From assembly GCA_020184695.1 (NCBI GenBank), contig JAANOX010000190.1, positions 124,001-188,000 of the forward strand: 64,000 nt of DNA, given 5' to 3'. Numbering within the stretch: position 1 is the first letter of the stretch; every line of letters starts with the position of its first letter. The notes beneath the pieces were generated by a model that searched no databases, was not told the origin of the DNA, and was given only the letters and a program-made list of their open reading frames with translations. Positions 1 through 10,155 of the stretch are shown here, in pieces. This DNA is from Histomonas meleagridis 2922-C6/04-290x. Taxonomy: Eukaryota; Protista; Parabasalia. The translations under genes and the position numbers were made by a program.

Positions 1-630
1 CAAAAATATACTGACGCGATAAGTTCATTCAATAGAACATTTATTCGATATAAAAGAAATATTCTTTCGAACGTCGGTAATGAGAATTCACATGTCGCAA
101 GACTCGATTGGAAGAATTTTAATGAATTAATGAAAAAGTTTCGAACTGATTTAAAAGATAATGATATTATAAAAATGTATTTTAATTGTTTAATATATTC
201 TGATTCGATCGGAAGTATCACGTTGGATGCTTTTGATACTTTATGTTTATCAAAACAAATTCACGTCGACTTAATTGATGTTCCTGGGTATAAGTTCCGG
301 AATACAATAAAAAATGATATACCGCAAAATATGGTCGCGAAAATAGAAAATGAATGGAATGATAACTTAAAAATAAAAATAAATAACTCGATGACTGAGT
401 TAAATAAGAATGATATAATGCAAAATAAAGTTTTATTGTTATCGAATATTATTAATATAATAGAAAGCTATTTAAATAATAAAGACGCAGGTCCTCTTTT
501 ATTAATGATGCTAAAAGAGGCAGCATATATTATAGAAAAGGAAACAATTCCATTTGCGTCTGATTTATCATTTGATAATTGTCTTTCGATTCTTGGAAAT
601 CAATTTTCAGTTTTAAATTTAAGGAATTGA
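1..630 (+). CDS. Hypothetical protein, 5' end outside the window; possibly the start of a decaying gene
   Basis: Frame 1 is open from base 1 (QKYTDAISSF...) to TGA at 628-630. No recognisable domain. Confidence 0.45.
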   Translation, partial: QKYTDAISSFNRTFIRYKRNILSNVGNENSHVARLDWKNFNELMKKFRTDLKDNDIIKMYFNCLIYSDSIGSITLDAFDTLCLSKQIHVDLIDVPGYKFRNTIKNDIPQNMVAKIENEWNDNLKIKINNSMTELNKNDIMQNKVLLLSNIINIIESYLNNKDAGPLLLMMLKEAAYIIEKETIPFASDLSFDNCLSILGNQFSVLNLRN

Positions 631-1589
631 ACAAAAGAAAATTAGCATTCAAGAAATTCATATATTCTTGAGCTTAGCAATTTCGTCGGTGAGACATATG
701 GAAAGATTGGATAGATTGGCGGTGAAGGCGTATGCTATTGATGATGTGATTAATACAATTTCTAATGAATAAATAAATAAAAATTTGGTCAATAAATATT
801 ATAAATATATCAAAATAAAGTGTTAAGTAGTATACAATTACAATATATTTAATTTTCCATTTGATGTAATTGTTCGGAACAAACGTCGAATCAATGAACT
901 CAATCGCATGACCATTTTTAGTGATTTTTATATACCTTTTTCGCCTAATTTTGTTTTCAATATTGGATTTCAATATGACCAATTCATGATATAACAACAT
1001 AATTGAAGAGATATCTCAATTAATTGTTAAGTATTAAACAATTACCATAAATTTAATTTTCTATAATTAAACAGATTTAGGGAAACACTTCTATCAATAA
1101 ATCAAGCAATTTTTAGTTTGAATGAAGAAAATTTCTCTAGATCTTTGGGCTTAATAATCAACAAATTTGATGAAATCTATCCTTTATCTTATGATTTAAT
1201 CATTATTCAAATGATATATTATTCCTTTGTAATTAAAAACAATAAAGTAAATTTATTTTTGAATATTATACAAGAAATAAGAAAATTTGAAGAGTGTAAT
1301 AAAATCAATTCGAATATATTTGATGTTTTTGGTCGATTTCTTAATGGTAAACATCATTTGAATATAAAAATATATTATTAGGTATTTGACTAATATTTAC
1401 AATTCCATTTTATTGGTACTTAAATTAATAACACAATTCTAATTAACTATATAGTTCTATGTAATCTGATCGGTATATGAATTGTTTTCATTTTGCTTCA
1501 TTTTGCTTCATTTTTAAATCCTTAAAAACAACTTTAAGTACTGTTGTACTTGGGGATACTATCTGTAAATATTCTTTGATAATAAATCA

Positions 1590-1885
1590 AAAGAATTTAA
1601 TAAATTAGAAGAATTAGGAAAGCTTTGTATTTTGTATCATAATGATGAAATATTTTCATTTTTACTTAAAGAAGGAATGAAAATCAATGATGATATTAAT
1701 AATGAAGCAGCAAATATTGGAATATTTTCTGAATTATCATTCAAATCCGCATGATATTTTGGTGCTTTCAGCAGGATCAAGAAATATTTGGAAATAATAC
1801 AAATTGTTTAATACTGCACTTATCTATGCATCTGAAAAAGGTTATACAGAAATAGTTAAATTACTTCTTGAGCAAGAATTCAAAA
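1590..1885 (+). pseudogene. DUF3447/ankyrin-repeat gene remnant
   Basis: LEELGKLCILYHNDEIFSFLLKEGMKIND (DUF3447-like), then one ankyrin unit TALIYASEKGYTEIVKLLLEQE starting at 1813, preceded by the ATTTGGAAA spacer motif with an in-frame TAA. Confidence 0.7.
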
Positions 1886-2709
1886 TAATGGATCAATTCC
1901 AATAATATTCAAATTACATGTAATTCCAAACATTCGTACACAAATCACCAAATTTCTGTATTTTTGTTGACGTGGGTTTTGATTCAGGCTGTTATTATCA
2001 AAATATATAAATAAAAAATTACATAAAAATCAAATATTCTAAAATACATCAGAAGCCATATTTGAATGATTTGGTAATCTTTCTTTATTTACAAATTATT
2101 TTATATTTCGATAATTCTTCTGAGATAAATATGTAATTGTTGAATGCAATTTCATAAAATTGGAAAAAAAGATAGTACAAGATATAATGAAAGACTTAAA
2201 ATTTGTTGATCTCAACAATGTTTCATATTTTATGAGAAGCACCGAGAAGCTAAAGTTGAGTATAGTAGAGAATGATATGTGTGGCATATATGTTCGCAAT
2301 GAACTTTCTGGATGGGCGTTAGACAAATGTTGCTAGAAGAGATTTAACAATTTCGAAAGAAGCATTATATACAAATCAATTTATTTTCTAAGAAAATAAA
2401 CATCATTTATCGAAACTTCTTCTCATCTTACAACATATTTATTTTATTTTGTTCGAAATTGGTATAAATAAAAAAATTGTTTCGAAGATTTTGTGGTTTT
2501 CTTTATCCAATTTGCTTCAAACATTTTTGTCAGAATTTTCAAAGTGTGAAAAGTCAAAACCGATTTTTGAACTGAAACCGAAATACTAAATTTTTTTGTG
2601 AAAATTGTAACTAAATTATAATGTTTCCAATCAATTTATTCCACGTTTTTGATTGTACCACATATTGTAATATTTATTCTTTATTATGCTATCTAATGTT
2701 CTAATTTTA

Positions 2710-3828
2710 TTAATGTCTCAATTTCTGGAAACTGTTCCGATGCGGAAGTCCGCTTGACTCTCTCACGATGTTTCCACCGAATCTCATTAACTCGTTTGTT
2801 ATTGGTGATGGAGTCTTAGCACCGAATGAGAACGATCCCTTCAATACAGTACTTCCTGGTCTAGCCCTCATCCTTGTTCCCATTTGCTTTAATAATGTCC
2901 TTGGACTTGCAATTGGTGTATTACTCTGTTGTTCTGAAGAATGATTTAAAATCCTCATAAACGTTCTCTCGGTTATCGACGGTTTTATAACCGCTATCCC
3001 TTCAGAACCCCATTGCACTTTTACCCCCTCGAGCCAGGGGTGGTCCATTGCTTCCTTCGCCGATAGCCTTGATGCGGAATCCGGATTGAGGAGCTTCGTG
3101 ATAAGGTCGCTACAAAACATGGAAACATGCTCCGGTATGTCGAAAACACCGCTCTTGATCTGTTTGAATATGATAACTTGGTTGGATCCACGCCATGGCA
3201 ATTCACCTGTTACCATGATATATAAAATAACACCACAACTCCACATATCTGCCGCACGACCATCATAAGATTGGCCATCAATGATCTCTGGTGCGGCATA
3301 TGCTGGTGAGCCACATGGTGTAGCACACATTTGCCCTGGATTTGCAAATCGTGAGAAACCAAAATCAATGATTTTGATGTTCCCATTTGGATCCATAAGT
3401 ATGTTTTCGGGTTTGAGATCTCTGTGTGCAATTCCTTGATCATGGATATACTTGACTGTTTCAAGAATCTGTTTGAAAATACACTTGGATGATTCTTCAC
3501 TAATTAAACTTGATTCAGATATTTTGTTCATTAATGTGTCACCTTTACATAATTCCATTATTAAATAAAAAAATGATGAATCAACAAGGAAATCATATAT
3601 CTTTATGATTCCAGGATGATCCATATTGAGTACTACGCGAACTTCACGTTCAAATCGTTCGATATCTGCTTGAGTATTCATGTTTGCTTTGGGAATTATT
3701 TTGACTGCATACTTATTATGGGTTTCTATATCTTGTCCTTCTTTTACGAGGCTAAATGAACCCTTCCCTAAAGTATGACCAAGATTATACTTGCCAATGA
3801 ATGGTGGAAGGCATGCCCACGATGACAT
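2710..3828 (-). CDS. CAMK-group (SNF1/AMPK/MARK-like) Ser/Thr protein kinase
   Basis: GKGSFS, AVK, HRDLKPEN, DFG, CGSPAYAAPE and DMWSCGV motifs all intact; 372 aa. Confidence 0.95.
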   Translation of the reverse strand: MSSWACLPPFIGKYNLGHTLGKGSFSLVKEGQDIETHNKYAVKIIPKANMNTQADIERFEREVRVVLNMDHPGIIKIYDFLVDSSFFYLIMELCKGDTLMNKISESSLISEESSKCIFKQILETVKYIHDQGIAHRDLKPENILMDPNGNIKIIDFGFSRFANPGQMCATPCGSPAYAAPEIIDGQSYDGRAADMWSCGVILYIMVTGELPWRGSNQVIIFKQIKSGVFDIPEHVSMFCSDLITKLLNPDSASRLSAKEAMDHPWLEGVKVQWGSEGIAVIKPSITERTFMRILNHSSEQQSNTPIASPRTLLKQMGTRMRARPGSTVLKGSFSFGAKTPSPITNELMRFGGNIVRESSGLPHRNSFQKLRH

Positions 3829-4431
3829 TAAATTAATCGGTTTTTTCAGTTTAAACTTTCATAACGTCCGTTTCAAAACGCATACAAAAAGTTGTTATAA
3901 TGCCAAAAATCAGGACACTATACAAATGAAAATTTCTTGTAATAAAAGATATTAAAATTTATATTTTATGAATTTTAAGGAGGCCAATAATTCATTCAAT
4001 TTTATTTTATTTTCATTTATATGTATATCAAGTTATTTAGCTGAAATTTAACAAAATTTCGTCTGTTGTTTGGCAAAGCCGGTAAATTTTGGTTGAAAAT
4101 TGAATCGAAAACAACGTTGCCGTTACATATAAAAACTGCATACAAAAAATCTAACAACTAACATCCCGTTCACGACCAAATTATTCAAAATACTGATTTA
4201 GCATACCTATCTCATGCCTTTCTAGAGTAAAATCAGAAAATGAGCAATTGCCACATGACATATGTCTCTTAATATTTTTTCCAAATCACTTCTCAAGATT
4301 TAAGTTATAACATTTTTATTAATTCGAATTTATAACACGAGAAATAGAAATGTACCTCAAAGGGAACACGAAACTTCATCATTAAAAGGAAAGAAAACCT
4401 GATATTCATATATATTTTTAACATAATATAA

Positions 4432-5016
4432 CTAACATTTACATCGCTTGTCCTCCATAGGTTTTGGTATATCTTTTTTATATGGATCAATTTTCCCTTC
4501 TTCAATCTTCTTTTGGATTTGCATAATGCATGAATCAATGGCTTGAGAAACGTTTTCGCCTGTTTTTGCAGAAGCTTCGAAGTAAGTCATGTTTTTTGTT
4601 CTTGCGTAGTTCTCTGCCTCTTCTTTTGAGACTTTGCGTTCAAGATCTGATTTATTTCCGATTAAAACAAGTGTAACGTCAGAACCTTCTACTTCTTTGA
4701 TTTCATTTATCCATTTTTCTGTGTTGTTTAATGAATCTACTGATGTTAAATCGAACAATATCAATGCACCTAATGAATTTCTGAAATAAGATCGCGTTAA
4801 AGCAAGAAAAACCTCTTGCCCTGAAGTGTCCCATATTTGAAGATTTGCTCTTTGATTTTTTATTGTTAATTCTTTTGAAAAGAATTCAACACCTTCAGTT
4901 GGTCTTAAAGAATCTCTATATTCATCCTGAAAAAACCTCACCAGAAAAGATGTTTTTCCTACCCCACTGTCTCCAAGAACAATAATCTTGATTATAAATT
5001 CGGAATTCCCAAGCAT
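4432..5016 (-). CDS. Rab family small GTPase
   Basis: GDSGVGKT, WDTSGQE, GNKSD and EASAK motifs; C-terminal CKC prenylation motif. Confidence 0.95.
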   Translation of the reverse strand: MLGNSEFIIKIIVLGDSGVGKTSFLVRFFQDEYRDSLRPTEGVEFFSKELTIKNQRANLQIWDTSGQEVFLALTRSYFRNSLGALILFDLTSVDSLNNTEKWINEIKEVEGSDVTLVLIGNKSDLERKVSKEEAENYARTKNMTYFEASAKTGENVSQAIDSCIMQIQKKIEEGKIDPYKKDIPKPMEDKRCKC

Positions 5017-5249
5017 TAATGTGAACGGTTAATTATGCATTGAAATTATTCGATCGAATAAATGCCACTTTTTAGTAGATGGCAGAATATTTGTTACGGC
5101 GATTTTATGTAAACCTATGTAAAAGTTGAGTCAAAATGGACTTCGGAGCGAAACCCGATGCTTAGATATACTAGGTATCTAAAATAATGATGAGAATGGT
5201 TTCTGTTGAAGCTTTAAAGAACTTGCTCAAAAATATATGTTTATAATCA

Positions 5250-5302
5250 AGAGATATATCAATTTTTTTATTTTTGTTATCGATAGAAAAAGTGTCATTT
5301 TG
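5250..5302 (+). repeat. Direct repeat copy 1 (partner at 7734-7789)
   Basis: 25-nt exact match TATCGATAGAAAAAGTGTCATTTTG (5278-5302 = 7765-7789) plus similar upstream AGAGATAWATCAATTTTTT. Confidence 0.75.
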
Positions 5303-5489
5303 CACGATAGTTTTATTGAAGAACTGTTTTTTAATTTTAACATGATTTTTAAAGACACACTGTGTCAAAATTAATTTCAATTCTTTTGATTTTAAAACAT
5401 TCCAAATACAAAATCAACAAATTTTTATTTGAATTATAACTGCGTTTCCAATTTTTTGTTTTTTTAAAGGTTTAATTGGTTTTTTTATT

Positions 5490-5865
5490 TCATTTTTTTC
5501 CAATTTTTGCTCTTCCGCAAATCAATTCTTTTCTTTTTTCCATTTCCTCAAAATTAATTACTTGTAATTGTCCTATTTCATTCTCATTTTTATTTAACTT
5601 TTTATTTTCCATAATTTTTGCATTACAAATATTACACACACCATCAATTACACAATTCACATGAAACACATTCCCACAACCAAAAGCAATTATATCACTT
5701 TGTCCAAGTAATTTATTACAATTCATACATTTTATTATTATATTCCAAACCCATACATAACTCATTAATTTTTAAAAGTTGTTTATTTGCAGCCTCATTT
5801 TTTTTAATTTCCAACAAACCCATTTCAAACTCATTTTTCTCACGAATTGATCTAAAGAAATGAAT
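5490..5865 (-). pseudogene. 3' fragment of a gene ending in a RING-H2-like Cys/His cluster (Vps8/11/41-like tail)
   Basis: CMNC...IIAFGCGNVFHVNC...CNIC; the upstream frame FFRSIREKNEFEMG...LEYNNK joins it across a frameshift. No 5' part of the gene is present. Confidence 0.5.
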
Positions 5866-5883
5866 TACAATTGATCCCACAAC

Positions 5884-6243
5884 ATCAACGGTTTACCATT
5901 ATTGGCTTTAGCTTTCATTAGCAACACTGCTTTGGTTGGAGCTGGTCTCGACTGAGCACCACGTCTTTACGTCTTAAATGGCGATGATTGGGAAGACCTT
6001 GGTTTAATTGATATCGCCGAAATTCGTGAAAAGGTAGCTGGTGGTTCCTCATCCTCATTTACTTCAAGAGCCGCTGCTTTTGGTGGTAAGGATGTTACCA
6101 AGAGTGAAGGAATCCATAACAACATTATCCTTGGAATTCGCGTTACCAAGAATGCTTTCACCACATGCGCAAATGATGGCAAACTTGGTATTTGGCCATT
6201 TGATGCCCTTAAGAATCACTTCAAAGGTAAAAATCTCTTCTGA
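5884..6243 (+). pseudogene. ARPC1: 5'-truncated Arp2/3 complex subunit p41 (ARPC1) fragment with an in-frame TGA
   Basis: INGLPLLALAFISNTALVGAGLD*APRLY...HNNIILGI...FTTCANDGKLGIW follows the ARPC1 C-terminus (LPLL...AGHDCxP...H.N...F.T.G.DG...IW). TGA at 5953-5955 sits at the conserved Cys. Confidence 0.7.
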
Positions 6244-6463
6244 GTAAAATAGGCATCCTATAGATGGTTTTATGAGGGAATTCCTTGTTGAAAAAAATTC
6301 GAAGAATATAGATGAGTTTGTGATGAAGTTTAAAATGTTATTTTCCGTTGAGTTCCTTGATGGTCACATAGTTCCCCATTTTTTGTGAGAATAATTAGTC
6401 AAAAATCCTCTTCTTCTGGATGAATTTGTCTTTTTATTCACTTTTTTCTTTTTAGGCTAAACC

Positions 6464-7343
6464 TTACTTCCCAACTTCAGTCAAGGAATTGACTTTCATA
6501 TCTGTTTCACCGTCTGTGCTGAAAGACATTTCCTTGTTACGTTCTGCTTCCGAACGCAAATTCTCGGCTTTTTCAATTACACATTTGTAAGCATCTGTTC
6601 CTGTTGCAAGTCTGACTGGAGGATCCTCCATTTCGGACAGTTTCACAATCAAACTTCCTAGCTTAGCCGGGTCACCTGCTTGTTTGTGGTTCATGCTTTC
6701 ATGCCATTTCCGGAATGTTTCAAACTGAGGAGCATAGTCAGGGATATTCCTTTCCGAATATTTCACTGAACTGCCATCCAAAAAGTCGGTCTTGAAAAAT
6801 CCAGGTTCGATGATGGTAGAACGAATGCCCAAAGGTTTTACTTCTTGAGCCAAACCTTCCATCAAACCTTCCACAGCGAACTTTGATGAAGCATAAATCG
6901 CTCCACCTGCCACCGAAAAACACTCCTGATACTGACGTGATGGTAAAAAAATACGTCCTGAATGTTTTTGCTCGCATATATGGAAGAACAGCACGTGTCA
7001 TGTTCATTACACCAAATACATTAGTTTCAAACTGGCTACGAATTTGCTCATCGGTGGTGTTCTCAAACCATCCCAACTGTCCGTATCCAGCATTATTCAC
7101 CAGTATGTCAATCTGGCCAAATTGTTTGATTGTAGCTTCAACGGCCGCTGATACGCTCGCTTTGTCTGTTACGTCCAATGAAAGTGTAAGCACTTTTGGA
7201 TTTGTTCCAAATTCTTTTTCAACTTTCTCCTTATTGCGAGAAGTTGCCACAACACGGCCACCTGCCCAAGGCAGCTTTGGCAATGGCTAAGCCAAGCCCG
7301 CGTCCTGCTCCTGTTATAGCAATATCAACCAAACCCTTTCCAT
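6464..7343 (-). pseudogene. Bacterial-type classical short-chain dehydrogenase/reductase (SDR), multiply frameshifted
   Basis: Reconstructable MERVWLITGAGRGLG (TGxxxGxG), NNAG, YASSK (YxxxK), IEPGFFKTDF. The gene is split over three frames by about five small insertions. Confidence 0.88.
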
Positions 7344-7572
7344 ATTTTTTGAAACACTTCACATTTGGCCCAAAAAGTTGGTTATCAAATGGGATATTAA
7401 TAGTATAGAAAAAGTGAAATTTTGAAAGCATTTCCATCGGTGTAATGTTTTAAGGTTCTATCGTCAGATTTTTTCTGTGTTTTTTGATCTGTCGAATTTT
7501 TTTGTTTGTTTAACAATATAAATCCTGTCTCCGATTTTATCTTCGCAGGAGGAGCCTCCTTGATATGGAGTC

Positions 7573-7618
7573 TTTTAGGGGGTAACGGCAAAAGGCCTTC
7601 TGCCGTTACCCCCTAAAA
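7573..7618. repeat. GC-rich near-perfect palindrome/hairpin
   Basis: TTTTAGGGGGTAACGGCA-AAAGGCCTTC-TGCCGTTACCCCCTAAAA: perfect 18-bp arms; the centre is itself the palindrome AAGGCCTT. Confidence 0.9.
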
Positions 7619-7733
7619 AACCATATAAAGGTACCCCTTCGAACAAAAATCGCGTCTATCAAATAATGGAGAAATCTCTTCAGATTTATGTTTTAGCAAA
7701 AATTATAATTTCCATTTTGAATATTTTTCTAAT

Positions 7734-7789
7734 AGAGATAAATCAATTTTTTCATTTAACTATCTATCGATAGAAAAAGTGTCATTTTG
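7734..7789 (+). repeat. Direct repeat copy 2 (partner at 5250-5302)
   Basis: See copy 1. Confidence 0.75.
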
Positions 7790-7855
7790 GGGTTATTATT
7801 TGATGTACAAGTGTAAAGAAATATGAATAAAACCCATAATATGATGAATAAACTA

Positions 7856-9271
7856 TTATAGTATAATCATAATAAACAACAACAGTATCAGTGAAAACAT
7901 ATTTCGAATGTTTAAATATGTTTTCGTTTCATGCACTAAATAAGATATAGTTTCTGTTAATGAAATTGACAATGTATAAGTAAATGAAATTGTTAATGAT
8001 AAATTTGTATCATATGATAGTGATGATGGAAATGTATTTGATTGTGAATATGTATTCGACTGTGTGAATGTTAATGTTGCTGGAAGACATTTATCAATTG
8101 TTGTATATTTAGCAACATCAAAATTATAAAATTTTTCATCTTTATATGTGTTTTGTACCATTACTGTAGTCGAAATATTATAATAAAATACATTTGAGCC
8201 AAAATTTGGTCTTGATTACCATAAAAATATATACATTTAATGTTTGGACATTGATCGAATGCACATTCATTAATACTTGTTGTCAAATCAGTACAATAAC
8301 AAAATGCATAATAACTAATTAACGTAGTTGAGTCAGGAATTATTACGTTGTTCAAACGAGAACATACCATAAATGATGATTCACCAATTGTATTAACATT
8401 ATTCATTATCAGATATACCAATTGTTAAATCATTTCCTTCAATTATTACTGTGTTTAATTGTGGACATAATTGAAATGAATATTCACCAATGGATGTAAC
8501 TGATTTAGGAATTGTAATATTTTTCAAATTATTGCAAATAGAAAATGAATATTGTTCAATTTCAATAACATTTTCACTAAAAATTACTGTTTCTAAATTA
8601 GATGAATTATAAAATGAATAACTTCCAATTGTTGTAATAGTATTTGGAACATAAAAAATTTTAATTGTTTTTTTTGATGAATAACAAATAATAGTATTTA
8701 ATGATTTATCATAAAGATTTCCATAATTATCATAATTTTTATAATTCGAATTATTTGATGATACTTGAATAGACTGAAGATTTCCACAATATGAAAATGC
8801 TGTATTAGAAATTGATGTAACTGAAGTTGGAATTATTATATTTGTTAACTTATAACATGATTGAAATGCAAAGTTTCCAATATATTGAACATTATCACCA
8901 ATCATTACTTCTTCTAAATTATTACAATAACGAAATGCATAATTACCAATGGATGTTATAGCATTATGGATTGTTATCTTTTGTAAGTTTTTACATGATT
9001 GAAATGCTGAATTATCAATTATTTTAACTTGTTCAGGGATATCATAAGTTTCCATAGTATTTGCTGGTGGATAACAAATGATTTTAGTAATATATTTATC
9101 ATAAAGAACACCATCATTATCATAATTAGAATATGCCGAATTATCATTTGATACTTGAATAAATTGAAGATTTTCACATTCTTGAAAGACATTATTACCA
9201 ATTGAAGTTATTGATGGTTGAACATAAAAATTGGTTAAATTGGTACATGAACGGAATGCATTATCACACAT
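7856..9271 (-). pseudogene. BspA-like TpLRR (LRR_5) surface protein gene, frameshifted and apparently 5'-truncated
   Basis: IPxSVTSIGxxAFxxC repeats in 8399-9271 continue in other frames (8161-8421 CIYFYGN; 7856-8161 FTQSNTYSQSNTF). No signal peptide seen. Confidence 0.8.
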
Positions 9272-9389
9272 TTGGATTCCATAAGTGCGTGGAATACTAA
9301 AAAAGATTTTTCATTCGCAATCTTATGAATATTTGATATTTTTAGGTTTTATAGTTTATTAAAGACACATACAAATAAATTTATATAAA

Positions 9390-9992
9390 TTAGCAATTAC
9401 ACTTTTTTTTCTCTACCGCAGGTGAATAATCAAGTTTGTTTCTTTCGTAATGTGGAATAAAAGTTCTATTTTCAATTCGATGTTCGATTAGAGAAATACA
9501 TTCGTTAACTGCTTTTTCAACATTTTCCCCTGTCTTTGCTGATGTTTCAAAGTATTTAATCCCCATAGATAATGCAAATTCCTCTGCTGCTTCTTTTGGA
9601 ACAGTTCGTTTAGCTTTGTCATCAGATTTATTTCCTATCAAAACAATTGAAACATCACTTCCCGCCTCTTCCTTAGCAGTTTGAATCAGATCACCAACAG
9701 ATTTAAACGAATCCGAGAAAGTTAAATCAAAGATAACTAATATACCTGCTGAATTTTTATAGTAAGCCCGCGTTAAAGAATCGAAAACCTCATGTCCTGC
9801 AGTATCCCACAATTGAACCTGAATTTTGTGTTGTTTTGTTATTATCTCTTTTTTTATAAATTCCACTCCATGTGTGGGCATTGTTTTGTTCAGCCATATA
9901 TTTTTTGTGTACCTTTCCAAGAAGCATGTTTTCCCTACACCAGCTTTTCCAATAACAATAATCTTCACAGAGAAATCATATTGACACAACAT
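9390..9992 (-). CDS. Rab family small GTPase (paralogue of 4432-5016; G3 reads DTAGH)
   Basis: GKAGVGKT, WDTAGHE, GNKSD, ETSAK; C-terminal CNC. Confidence 0.95.
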   Translation of the reverse strand: MLCQYDFSVKIIVIGKAGVGKTCFLERYTKNIWLNKTMPTHGVEFIKKEIITKQHKIQVQLWDTAGHEVFDSLTRAYYKNSAGILVIFDLTFSDSFKSVGDLIQTAKEEAGSDVSIVLIGNKSDDKAKRTVPKEAAEEFALSMGIKYFETSAKTGENVEKAVNECISLIEHRIENRTFIPHYERNKLDYSPAVEKKKCNC

Positions 9993-10155
9993 TCATAATG
10001 TCAATTTGGTCAAACTTATGTCGACATAAATCAAAAAGTCGTTTTCTGGAATAAACGTTTAAAATCAAAACAATTTTTGAAAGAATAACGACAAAAATAT
10101 CTGAACTTTATTTTCAAGTGTGCAACTTATTTTTAATTGTAAATATTTAGAGCAA

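Noticed and set aside
674-1000. 108-aa minus-strand ORF
   Set aside because: Antisense shadow of decayed plus-strand coding-like sequence; no domain.
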